Part shown: positions 55,814 to 63,765 of the stretch, piece by piece
How the letters are laid out: every line of letters begins with the position of its first letter
How positions within the stretch are numbered: the first letter of the stretch is position 1
DNA from: Flavobacteriales bacterium
GTDB lineage: Bacteria > Bacteroidota > Bacteroidia > Flavobacteriales_E > Vicingaceae
Direction: 5' to 3'
DNA: 64,000 bases
Assembly: GCA_020635795.1 (NCBI GenBank)
Contig: JACJZD010000006.1
Location: 36,073-100,072 of the forward strand
The notes under the pieces: generated by a model
Databases searched by the model: none
What the model saw: the letters and a program-made list of their open reading frames with translations, nothing else
What the model was told of the DNA's origin: nothing
Made by a program: the position numbers and the translations under genes

Positions 55814-55908
55814 AGTAATTTGAATCAAAATAAAATATTGTAAATAACATATTTTACAATAAATAACAATCAAATTTTATTTTTTAATTATAAAATACAG
55901 AACAATGT

Positions 55909-55938
55909 TTTGATGTTAAATTTTAATTTGTACATTTG
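55909..55938 (+). promoter_or_regulatory. candidate Bacteroidota-type promoter (TTTG -33 / TACATTTG -7) for the riboswitch-led operon
   Basis: TTTG at 55909-55912 and an exact TAnnTTTG match (TACATTTG) at 55931-55938, with an 18-nt spacer. It lies about 43 nt upstream of the aptamer. Confidence 0.4.
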
Positions 55939-55980
55939 CCTCAGAATTCAAATCACCATTTTTAAATAAAATTGTGTTTG

Positions 55981-56104
55981 ATTTATAAAGAAGAAGCGAG
56001 AGAATAGGCTCTACGACCTTCTGGCAACCAACTAAAAGTCCGTCAGCTGACGGATTGGAAAACCGGTGCCAAATCCTATCCCGAATAGTCGGGGAAATAT
56101 AAAT
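55981..56104 (+). promoter_or_regulatory. SAM-I (S-box) riboswitch aptamer
   Basis: P1 ATTTATA/TATAAAT; P2 AGAAG/CTTCT enclosing GAGAGAATAGGCTCT; junction GGCAACC; P3 TCCGTC-AGCT-GACGGA; GGTGCCAAATCC; P4 CCCGA-ATAG-TCGGG. It lies upstream of metX. Confidence 0.85.
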
Positions 56105-56117
56105 AAAAAGGCAAAAA

Positions 56118-56243
56118 ATGGTAAACAGTACAAAAAATCAGAAAAACAAAACACTAAACCCCACGAGGGCTTTAGTCAATTCTAAAAAGTTACTTTCAAC
56201 AGTAATTTTTAAAATGTGTTGCATGTGTTGTTGCATTTGCTAA
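56118..56243 (+). CDS. 41-codon small ORF with poly-Cys/Met C-terminus (candidate leader peptide)
   Basis: ATG 56118 to TAA 56241-56243, translating MVNSTKNQKNKTLNPTRALVNSKKLLSTVIFKMCCMCCCIC. It falls below the ORF-track cutoff and starts 14 nt after riboswitch P1. Confidence 0.5.
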   Translation: MVNSTKNQKNKTLNPTRALVNSKKLLSTVIFKMCCMCCCIC

Positions 56244-56285
56244 CACATCTTTATTTCAATTAAATTTTCTCGAAATCAAAGATGT
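56214..56285 (+). promoter_or_regulatory. overlapping alternative hairpins spanning the Cys codons and sORF stop (candidate attenuator)
   Basis: ATGTGTT (56214-56220 or 56223-56229) pairs with AACACAT (56242-56248), followed by a U-rich tract. ACATCTTTATTTC (56245-56257) pairs with GAAATCAAAGATGT (56272-56285). The two structures share 56245-56248, so they exclude each other. Confidence 0.4.
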
Positions 56286-56353
56286 AAGCTTTCCAAAAAA
56301 GTAATGGAAATGCTATATCCTGTTTTTACGATTTAAAAATCTCAAATAAAATT

Positions 56354-57403
56354 ATGTCAGTACAAGTATTTAAAAATAACACAAAATTTCAGTTAGAATC
56401 GGGTAAAATTTTACCAACATTTGAACTTGCTTATACCACAAATGGCAAGTTAAACGAGGCAAAAGACAATGTTATTTGGATTACTCACGCTTTAACAGCA
56501 AACGCTAATCCTGAAGAATGGTGGAGTGGTTTAGTAGGTAAAGGAAAATTTTACAACTCCGAAAAACACTTTATTGTTTGTGCCAATGTGTTGGGTTCAA
56601 ATTATGGTTCTACCAATCCATTAGCTGTAAATCCAGAAAATGGCAACAAGTATTACCACAATTTTCCTGAACTCACTATACGCGATATTGTAAATGCTTT
56701 TGAGTTGTTACGTCAACATTTGGGCATTACCAAAATCAACACCTTATTGGGTGGTTCCTTGGGTGGTCAGCAAGCTGTGGAATGGGCAATACAACAGCCC
56801 AACGTAATTGAAAACTTGTTTTTAATCGCAACCAATGCTCAACATTCTGCTTGGGGAATTGCCTTTAACGAAACACAACGATTGGCAATTAAAGCCGACA
56901 GAACATGGTTTTCGTATAGTGATGATGCTGGTTTAAAAGGCTTAAAAGCTGCTAGAGCAATAGCTTTATTGAGCTACAGAAATTACAATACCTATCAAAC
57001 AACTCAAGAAGATAATGCAGAAAAACGGGGTGATTATAAAGCGTCTTCTTACCAAAATTATCAAGGTGATAAGTTGGTAAACAGGTTTAACGCTTTTTCT
57101 TATTGGCACTTAACCAAAGTAATGGACAGCCATAATGTTGGTAGAAACAGAGGTGGAGTAGAAAAAGCCTTGGGGTTAATTCAAGCAAAAACACTTGTAG
57201 TGGCTATTAATTCCGACATCCTTTTTCCTGTTTCGGAATCGGTTAGGTTGCACGAAAACATCAAAAACAGTGAATTAGAAATTATCGATTCGTTGTACGG
57301 ACACGATGGATTTTTAATAGAAACAGAACAGTTAAAAACAATATTTGAAAATTTTTATATCAGTAAAAAATTAAAAAAAGAGATTTATGAGTACGCAAAC
57401 TAA
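56354..57403 (+). CDS. metX: homoserine O-acetyltransferase
   Basis: 349 aa. Alpha/beta hydrolase with nucleophile elbow GGSLGGQQAVEW and C-terminal SLYGHDGFL. Confidence 0.9.
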   Translation: MSVQVFKNNTKFQLESGKILPTFELAYTTNGKLNEAKDNVIWITHALTANANPEEWWSGLVGKGKFYNSEKHFIVCANVLGSNYGSTNPLAVNPENGNKYYHNFPELTIRDIVNAFELLRQHLGITKINTLLGGSLGGQQAVEWAIQQPNVIENLFLIATNAQHSAWGIAFNETQRLAIKADRTWFSYSDDAGLKGLKAARAIALLSYRNYNTYQTTQEDNAEKRGDYKASSYQNYQGDKLVNRFNAFSYWHLTKVMDSHNVGRNRGGVEKALGLIQAKTLVVAINSDILFPVSESVRLHENIKNSELEIIDSLYGHDGFLIETEQLKTIFENFYISKKLKKEIYEYAN

Positions 57404-58601
57404 AAATATTTCACTTATCGGTTTTGGAACAGTTGGACAAGGTTTTTTTCATTATTTGGAAGAAAACAAGGAAGACAAACAATTGGCAACAGTAGTAATA
57501 AAAAATGCTTCGAAAAGCAGAGTTCCTGATACATTAAATTTTAGCACCGATGTAAACGATGTACACAACAACAAAGAAATAACAACGGTTGTTGAGTTGA
57601 TTAGTGATTTTGAACAAGCATTTTCAATTGTAAAACAAGCATTGTTACAAGGTAAGCATGTGGTGTCGTCAAATAAAAAAATGATTGCATACCATTTAGA
57701 AGAGTTGGTTGAATTGGAACAAAACAGCAAAGGAAACTTTTTGTACGAAGGGGCTGTGGCTGGGAGTATTCCAATACTTAAAATTATAAACGAGCAATAT
57801 GCTTTTGATGAAATAACAGAAGTTCGTGGTATTTTAAATGGCACATCCAATTATATTTTAACACAAATTTTTGAAAAAGGCATTGGCTATAAAGAAGCAT
57901 TGCAACAAGCTCAAGATGCTGGTTTTGCCGAAGCCAATCCTGCCTCAGATGTTGAAGGGTATGATGCGCTTTACAAGTTGTTAATTTTAGCAACACACGC
58001 TTTTGGTAAATTTATTTCGCCTGAAAAAGCATTAAACATTGGTATAAACAACATCAAAAACAGCGACATTGTTTTTGCTAAAAAAAACAAGCTAAGCATT
58101 AAGTTAGTTGGGTCAATTAAAAGCATAAACAATAAACTTACTTTAAGTGTTTTACCAACTTTTGTTGACGAAAACGATGATTTGTACCATGTTAAAAATG
58201 AATACAATGCTATTGAGGTGATTTCTAAAAACATTGGTTCGCAAGTTTTTAAAGGTAAAGGTGCAGGTAGTTTACCAACGGGGCATGTGGTTTACACCGA
58301 TTTTAAATCGGTAGAAAACACCAACTATTCGTACAAAAATATTCCATCAGGAAAACGAATTAAGTACGAAACCAAAGACAGTATTTGGGTGTATTCCAAT
58401 AAAATTACCTTGCTTGAAAAATATTTGGAAGATGTAGTATTATTCAACGGACCAGAAGGTTATGGAAGCGTTAAAATTGCTGATTTGATAAAAGCAAAAG
58501 ACATTATAAGTGTACACAATTTATCCATTATTGCAGTAAACGAAAACATCCGACAACAATTAGTAAAACAACAGCGCAAAGCAGTATTCACTTACGCATA
58601 A
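57387..58601 (+). CDS. hom: homoserine dehydrogenase
   Basis: 404 aa. N-terminus ISLIGFGTVGQG, plus YEGAVAGSIPI, GILNGTSNYILT, AEANPASDVEGYDA and GKGAGSLPTG. Overlaps metX by 17 nt. Confidence 0.88.
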   Translation: MSTQTKNISLIGFGTVGQGFFHYLEENKEDKQLATVVIKNASKSRVPDTLNFSTDVNDVHNNKEITTVVELISDFEQAFSIVKQALLQGKHVVSSNKKMIAYHLEELVELEQNSKGNFLYEGAVAGSIPILKIINEQYAFDEITEVRGILNGTSNYILTQIFEKGIGYKEALQQAQDAGFAEANPASDVEGYDALYKLLILATHAFGKFISPEKALNIGINNIKNSDIVFAKKNKLSIKLVGSIKSINNKLTLSVLPTFVDENDDLYHVKNEYNAIEVISKNIGSQVFKGKGAGSLPTGHVVYTDFKSVENTNYSYKNIPSGKRIKYETKDSIWVYSNKITLLEKYLEDVVLFNGPEGYGSVKIADLIKAKDIISVHNLSIIAVNENIRQQLVKQQRKAVFTYA

Positions 58602-58611
58602 ATACAAAACA

Positions 58612-60702
58612 ATGAGAAGTTTTAGAACGGAAACAGAAAACATATTAGACCCAGTAGTAGAACGCGATATTATTGAATTAGGAGAAAAAATTCACCTATT
58701 CAAAACTGGTAAAATGCCTGAAGATAAATTTAAGAGTTTGCGTTTAGCACGTGGAGTTTATGGTCAACGACAGTTGGGTGTACAAATGGTGCGTATCAAA
58801 TTGCCTTATGGTAAATTGTTGGCAAAACAATTGGTAAGAATTGCAGATGTTGCTGATGAGTATTCTAATGGAAATTTACATTTAACCACTCGTCAAGATG
58901 TACAGATTCACCATGTGAGCTTAGACAGAACACCTGAACTTTGGGCAGAGTTAGAACGAGATAATATTACGCTAAGAGAAGCTTGTGGAAACACGGTAAG
59001 AAACATTACGGCATCTCCATTTGCAGGGATTGACCCTGACGAACCTTTTGATGTATCTCCGTATGCCGAAGAGTTGTTTCAATATTTACTTCGTAACCCT
59101 GTAAATCAGGACATGGGAAGAAAAATTAAAATATCGTTTTCGTCGAGCGAGAAAGATACAGCTTATTCCTTTTTACACGATTTAGGATTTATTCCTATCA
59201 TTCAACATGGAGAAAAAGGATTCAAATTATTGGTGGCTGGAGGGTTAGGTGTTAAACCTTTTTTAGGTCAATCGGTAACTAATTTTATTAAAGCTGAAGA
59301 TATTTTTGCTTACACCACAGCAGTTTTAAGGGTTTTTGACCGTTATGGTGAACGTCAAAAAAGAAATAAAGCACGTTTAAAATATTTAGTTGAAGAGTTA
59401 GGCTTAGACCAATTTTTAGCATTGGTAAATCAAGAACACAAGGTAGTTGATGTTTATGAACCAAAAATAGTTGAATTTGTTGCTCCTAAGTTAGCAGAAA
59501 TACAACTTGCACCATCAGTTAAAGGTAATGTGTCGGAATATTTAACTTGGTATAAAACGAACATTTATAAACAAAAACAAGCTGATTTTTTCACCATTTT
59601 GCTAAAAATAACTAACGGTAACATCCATTCCGATGTAGCTAGAAAATTGGCTGATTTGGTTCAAAAATATGCTGGTGGTGAGTTTAGGGTAACGATAAAC
59701 CAAGGGCTTATTATTAAATATGTCAGAGAAGAATCATTGCCCTATTTCTACCAAGAGTTGAACAAGTTAAATTTAGCTAACACAGGTTTTGATAGTGTTG
59801 CCGATATTACTGCTTGTCCAGGAACGGATACTTGTAATTTGGGAATAGCAAACAGCACCAATTTAGCTGAAGAATTGGAAAAATTTATTGCCAACGAACA
59901 TGCAGAATTGGTTTTTAACAAAGACATTAAAATAAAAATTAGTGGCTGTTTTAATGCGTGTGGTCAACATTCTATTGCAAACATTGGTTTTCATGGAAGT
60001 TCAATTAAAGATGGAGACAAATTAGTGCCAGCAGTTCAATTACTGTTAGGTGGTGGAGTTGTAGGTGGTGGAGAAGGTGTAATTGCGGAAAAAGTAATTA
60101 AACTTCCCACAAAAAAAGCCATAAAAGCAGTCGATAAAATTTTAGGAGACTATAAAACCAATGGAAATGATCTGTTTTTTAACCAATATTATCAGAAACA
60201 AGGCAATCATTATTTCTACGATTTGTTAAAACCTATTGCAAACGAACCGTTAATTGATAGCGATTATTCTGATTGGGGACAACAAACAACTTTTAATATG
60301 AATGTTGGTGTTGGAGAGTGTGCAGGTATTGTTTTAGACTTGTCGGATGCCATTAAATATGAAATAGAAGAACGTGTTGCCTCTGCAAAAGAAACGCTTG
60401 AGTTGAAGAGATATGCAGATGCTATTTATCATGCTTACACCATTTTTATTAATGTAGGTAAACTGTTTTTGTTAAAGCATGGCGAAAAGTATAACAGTCA
60501 AGCTCAAATTATTGAAACTACTGAAAAGTTGATTCAAGAAAAAGGGGTAGCATTATCCAAATCGTTTACCGAAATAGTGTTTCAGTTACGAGAACAAAAA
60601 GCAAGCGAAGAATTTGCAAAACAATATTATAATGATGCTCTTCAGTTTTACAACGAATTGAATAGTATTGGCAAACTAACAAAAGAACGAATAGAACCAT
60701 GA
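58612..60702 (+). CDS. sir: assimilatory sulfite reductase, ferredoxin/sirohaem-[4Fe-4S] type, with ~130 aa helical C-terminal extension
   Basis: 696 aa. Duplicated NiR/SiR modules, cluster-binding cysteines TACPGTDTCNLG and SGCFNACGQH, and an extra C-terminal helical domain from about residue 560. Confidence 0.85.
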   Translation: MRSFRTETENILDPVVERDIIELGEKIHLFKTGKMPEDKFKSLRLARGVYGQRQLGVQMVRIKLPYGKLLAKQLVRIADVADEYSNGNLHLTTRQDVQIHHVSLDRTPELWAELERDNITLREACGNTVRNITASPFAGIDPDEPFDVSPYAEELFQYLLRNPVNQDMGRKIKISFSSSEKDTAYSFLHDLGFIPIIQHGEKGFKLLVAGGLGVKPFLGQSVTNFIKAEDIFAYTTAVLRVFDRYGERQKRNKARLKYLVEELGLDQFLALVNQEHKVVDVYEPKIVEFVAPKLAEIQLAPSVKGNVSEYLTWYKTNIYKQKQADFFTILLKITNGNIHSDVARKLADLVQKYAGGEFRVTINQGLIIKYVREESLPYFYQELNKLNLANTGFDSVADITACPGTDTCNLGIANSTNLAEELEKFIANEHAELVFNKDIKIKISGCFNACGQHSIANIGFHGSSIKDGDKLVPAVQLLLGGGVVGGGEGVIAEKVIKLPTKKAIKAVDKILGDYKTNGNDLFFNQYYQKQGNHYFYDLLKPIANEPLIDSDYSDWGQQTTFNMNVGVGECAGIVLDLSDAIKYEIEERVASAKETLELKRYADAIYHAYTIFINVGKLFLLKHGEKYNSQAQIIETTEKLIQEKGVALSKSFTEIVFQLREQKASEEFAKQYYNDALQFYNELNSIGKLTKERIEP

Positions 60703-61460
60703 AATCGAAAGTACACATAGTAGGAGCAGGTCCGGGAAGCGCCGATTTGCTTACTTTAAGAGCTGTAAAAGCGATACAAAATGCAGATGTAATTTTATAC
60801 GATGCACTAATTTGCAAAGAAACCTTAGATTTTGCTTCGGCTCATTGTGAAATGATTTATGTGGGAAAAAGAGCTGCAAACCATGAATATTCGCAAGAAA
60901 AAATTAATCAGTTGATTGTAGAGAGTGCTTTTAGATACCAAAACGTAGTTCGTTTAAAGGGAGGCGATCCATACATTTTTGGACGCGGACATGAAGAGTA
61001 TGAATATGTAAGTGCTTTTGGAATTGAAGTTGAGGTAGTACCAGGTATTTCTAGTGCTATAGCGGTACCAGAATTGGAAAACATACCGCTAACTAAACGA
61101 GGTGTGAGTGAAAGTTTTTGGGTAGTTACGGCCACCAATAAAAAAGGAGAGCTTACTAATGATGTTAAACAAACAGTTTATGTAAATGCAACCATTGTTG
61201 TGTTAATGGGTGTAAGTAAATTACCCGAAATTGTTCAGTTATATGCAGAAAACGGTAAAGAAAATTTACCCATAGCAGTTATACAAAACGGTTCGTTGCC
61301 TAGTCAAAAAATAGTAACAGGAACGATAAAAACGATTCAAGAAGTAGTGGAGAAAAACAAAGTTGGAACACCTGCTATTATTGTCTTGGGAGAGGTAGTA
61401 GCTTCTCGACCAGAGTTTTTATTGGAACAAATTAATGTTAATCAAAACAGAAAAAAATGA
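60699..61460 (+). CDS. cobA: uroporphyrinogen-III C-methyltransferase
   Basis: 253 aa. Motifs VGAGPGSADLLTLRA, ILYD, RLKGGDPYIFGRG and VPGISSA. Overlaps sir by 4 nt. Confidence 0.92.
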   Translation: MKSKVHIVGAGPGSADLLTLRAVKAIQNADVILYDALICKETLDFASAHCEMIYVGKRAANHEYSQEKINQLIVESAFRYQNVVRLKGGDPYIFGRGHEEYEYVSAFGIEVEVVPGISSAIAVPELENIPLTKRGVSESFWVVTATNKKGELTNDVKQTVYVNATIVVLMGVSKLPEIVQLYAENGKENLPIAVIQNGSLPSQKIVTGTIKTIQEVVEKNKVGTPAIIVLGEVVASRPEFLLEQINVNQNRKK

Positions 61461-62092
61461 CAACAAATACACTATACCCTATTTTTTTAAAATTGGATAA
61501 AATAAACACCTTAATTGTTGGCGGCGGAAATATTGGGTTAGAAAAATTGAATTTTATTTTAACACAAAGCCCTCGTGCAAACATAAAAATTGTATCCCCT
61601 GAATTTCATCCAGAAATAATTTTAATAGCTATTGCCAATAAAAATATACAATTGCTGGAACGCAAATTTGTTGATTCGGATTTAGCCAACATTAAAATAT
61701 TAATTTTGGCAACAAATAATCTTGAATTGAATACGCAAATTTATTTTAAAGCTCAGAAAAAAAACATTTTAACCAATATGGTTGATAAACCTGAGTTCTG
61801 CGATTTTTATACGGGAGCAGTTTTACAAAAAGGAAATATAAAAATCGGCATTTCTAGTAATGGAGTTTCGCCAACAATAGCCAAAAGATTAAAACAACTA
61901 TTCAACGAGGCTATTCCAGAAAACATTTCAGCATCTTCCGAAAACTTAAATAAAATTCGTACTAAATTAAAAGGTAATTTAAAACTAAAAGTAGCGATAT
62001 TGAACCAGTTAACGGAGGTCTTGGTAGATGATATTCCTCATCAAAGCAACCAAAATAAAACCTCAATTTTACAACACATCAATTGGAATTAA
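61457..62092 (+). CDS. sirC: precorrin-2 dehydrogenase / sirohydrochlorin ferrochelatase (sirohaem synthase N-terminal type)
   Basis: 211 aa. Motifs LIVGGGNIGLEKL and ISSNGVSPTIAKRLK. Overlaps cobA by 4 nt. Confidence 0.8.
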   Translation: MTTNTLYPIFLKLDKINTLIVGGGNIGLEKLNFILTQSPRANIKIVSPEFHPEIILIAIANKNIQLLERKFVDSDLANIKILILATNNLELNTQIYFKAQKKNILTNMVDKPEFCDFYTGAVLQKGNIKIGISSNGVSPTIAKRLKQLFNEAIPENISASSENLNKIRTKLKGNLKLKVAILNQLTEVLVDDIPHQSNQNKTSILQHINWN

Positions 62093-62096
62093 AACA

Positions 62097-62786
62097 ATGG
62101 GATTACAGCAACTTAAAAGAACGTTTACACCAGAAGAAATAAAAGCGTTAAATAAAAAATACAAAACACTAACAGTTGAACAACGTGTGGAAGAATTGTA
62201 CAAAGATTTTGATGCAAAAGAAGTGATGCTAACATCCTCTTTTGCAGCTACTTCTGCTTTTTTATTGCGCATTTTTTCTAAAATAAATAATGCTCAAAAA
62301 ATTTATTTTATCAATACAGGTTATCATTTTAAAGATACCTTAACGTATAAAGAAAAACTAACGGAATTATACCACTTAAACGTAGAAGATGTAACGGCAG
62401 AAAAATGGGAGCATGATTTTACTACTAAAGATGAAACGTGGAAAAAAGACCCCAATCTGTGTTGTTCGGTAAACAAAGTAAAACCTCTTGAACTTATTAA
62501 GGAGCGATTTACGGTTTGGGTTTCGGGCTTAATGGAATGGCAAAGTGACCATCGTGCATCGTTAAATATTTTTGAAGAAAGAGGTGGTATTTTGAAGTTT
62601 TATCCTTTGTTGGATGTTACCAAAGAACAACGTGATGAATACATAAAAACCCATCTATTACCGTTTCATCCCTTAGTTGCAAAAGGGTACTCGTCTATAG
62701 GTTGCGAACATTGTACCGTACCTGGTGATGATAGGGAAGGAAGATGGAACAATAACCCAAAAACCGAATGCGGATTGCATTTGTAA
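62097..62786 (+). CDS. cysH: adenylyl-sulfate (APS)/PAPS reductase, Fe-S-cluster-type CysH
   Basis: ATG 62097 (MGLQQLKRTF); the ORF track start 62028 overlaps sirC. It carries the CC...CxxC set (NLCCSVNKVKPL, IGCEHCT) and a C-terminal ECGLH. Confidence 0.88.
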   Translation: MGLQQLKRTFTPEEIKALNKKYKTLTVEQRVEELYKDFDAKEVMLTSSFAATSAFLLRIFSKINNAQKIYFINTGYHFKDTLTYKEKLTELYHLNVEDVTAEKWEHDFTTKDETWKKDPNLCCSVNKVKPLELIKERFTVWVSGLMEWQSDHRASLNIFEERGGILKFYPLLDVTKEQRDEYIKTHLLPFHPLVAKGYSSIGCEHCTVPGDDREGRWNNNPKTECGLHL

Positions 62787-62793
62787 AATTTGT

Positions 62794-63351
62794 ATGAAAG
62801 AGTTGATTAATTTTCTTGTCGAACCTTGGGCTTGGTATGTGTCAGGACCACTTATTGGGTTAATTGTTCCGTTGTTGATTTTAACGAGCAACAAACAATT
62901 TGGAGTGTCATCTTCATTGAGATACGTATGTTCATCATTAAAACTCTCGAAACGAAGCTATTTTAATTATAACTTCAACGAACAACAATGGACAATGTGG
63001 TTTATTTTAGGCGTTTTTTTTGCAGGCGTTTTTTCTTTTCAACTTATTGAAATAGAGACGAGTGAGTTAAGTCAATCAGCAAAAGATTACTTTGAAAAAA
63101 AACACATCGGGATAAAAGGAATTTTTCCAGCAGATGTTTTTAATTGGAACAAATTATTTTCAGTTGCTGGTTTATTATTGGTGATTGGAGGGTTTTTATT
63201 GGGGTTTGGCTCTCGATATGCCGATGGTTGTACCTCTGGTCATGCAATAATGGGATTGAGTTTGTTAAGTAAAACCTCATTGGTTTCAGTAATAGGATTT
63301 TTTATTGGAGGAATTATAGGTACATTTTTAATTTTAGATTATTTGCTGTGA
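62794..63351 (+). CDS. YeeE/YedE family sulfur-compound transporter, N-terminal-half gene
   Basis: ATG 62794 (MKELINFLVEPWAW); the ORF track start 62725 overlaps cysH. The conserved motif YADGCTSGHAIMG is present, with 4-5 TM helices. Confidence 0.75.
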   Translation: MKELINFLVEPWAWYVSGPLIGLIVPLLILTSNKQFGVSSSLRYVCSSLKLSKRSYFNYNFNEQQWTMWFILGVFFAGVFSFQLIEIETSELSQSAKDYFEKKHIGIKGIFPADVFNWNKLFSVAGLLLVIGGFLLGFGSRYADGCTSGHAIMGLSLLSKTSLVSVIGFFIGGIIGTFLILDYLL

Positions 63352-63764
63352 TAAAACATTTAAAATACATCTTGTTAGGGTTTTATTTTGGATTTGTGCT
63401 AATCAAATCCGAGGCAGTATCTTGGTATCGTATTGTGGAAATGTTTCGTTTTCAATCGTTTCATTTGTACGGAGTAATTGGTTCTGCTGTTATAACTGGA
63501 ATAATTTCTGTTTTAATTATTAAAGGAGTACACTTAACCACTGTTAAAGACGAACCTATTGATTTAAAACCAAAACCATTTTTACCAAAAGCTAACTTTT
63601 TTGGAGGAATAATTTTTGGTTTAGGTTGGGCTATTGTTGGAGCCTGTACAGCACCACTTTTTATTCATTTTGGAGCAGGAAATTACATTATTGTTATACC
63701 AATTATTGCTGCAATTTTAGGGACTTTAGTTTATGGGTTTTTAAAAGAAAAATTACCTCACTAA
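63348..63764 (+). CDS. YeeE/YedE-like transporter, C-terminal-half gene
   Basis: 138 aa with 4 TM helices and the Cys motif GWAIVGACTAP. Overlaps the upstream gene by 4 nt. Confidence 0.65.
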   Translation: MIKHLKYILLGFYFGFVLIKSEAVSWYRIVEMFRFQSFHLYGVIGSAVITGIISVLIIKGVHLTTVKDEPIDLKPKPFLPKANFFGGIIFGLGWAIVGACTAPLFIHFGAGNYIIVIPIIAAILGTLVYGFLKEKLPH

Positions 63765-63765
63765 C

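Noticed and set aside
56118-56243. Reading the poly-Cys sORF as a RiPP precursor or a metallothionein-like peptide.
   Set aside because: No maturation, export or immunity genes are adjacent. The hydrophilic Lys-rich N-terminal part has no leader or signal features. The position between a SAM aptamer and metX, together with the overlapping RNA hairpins, fits a regulatory leader better. A functional peptide is not excluded, only unsupported.
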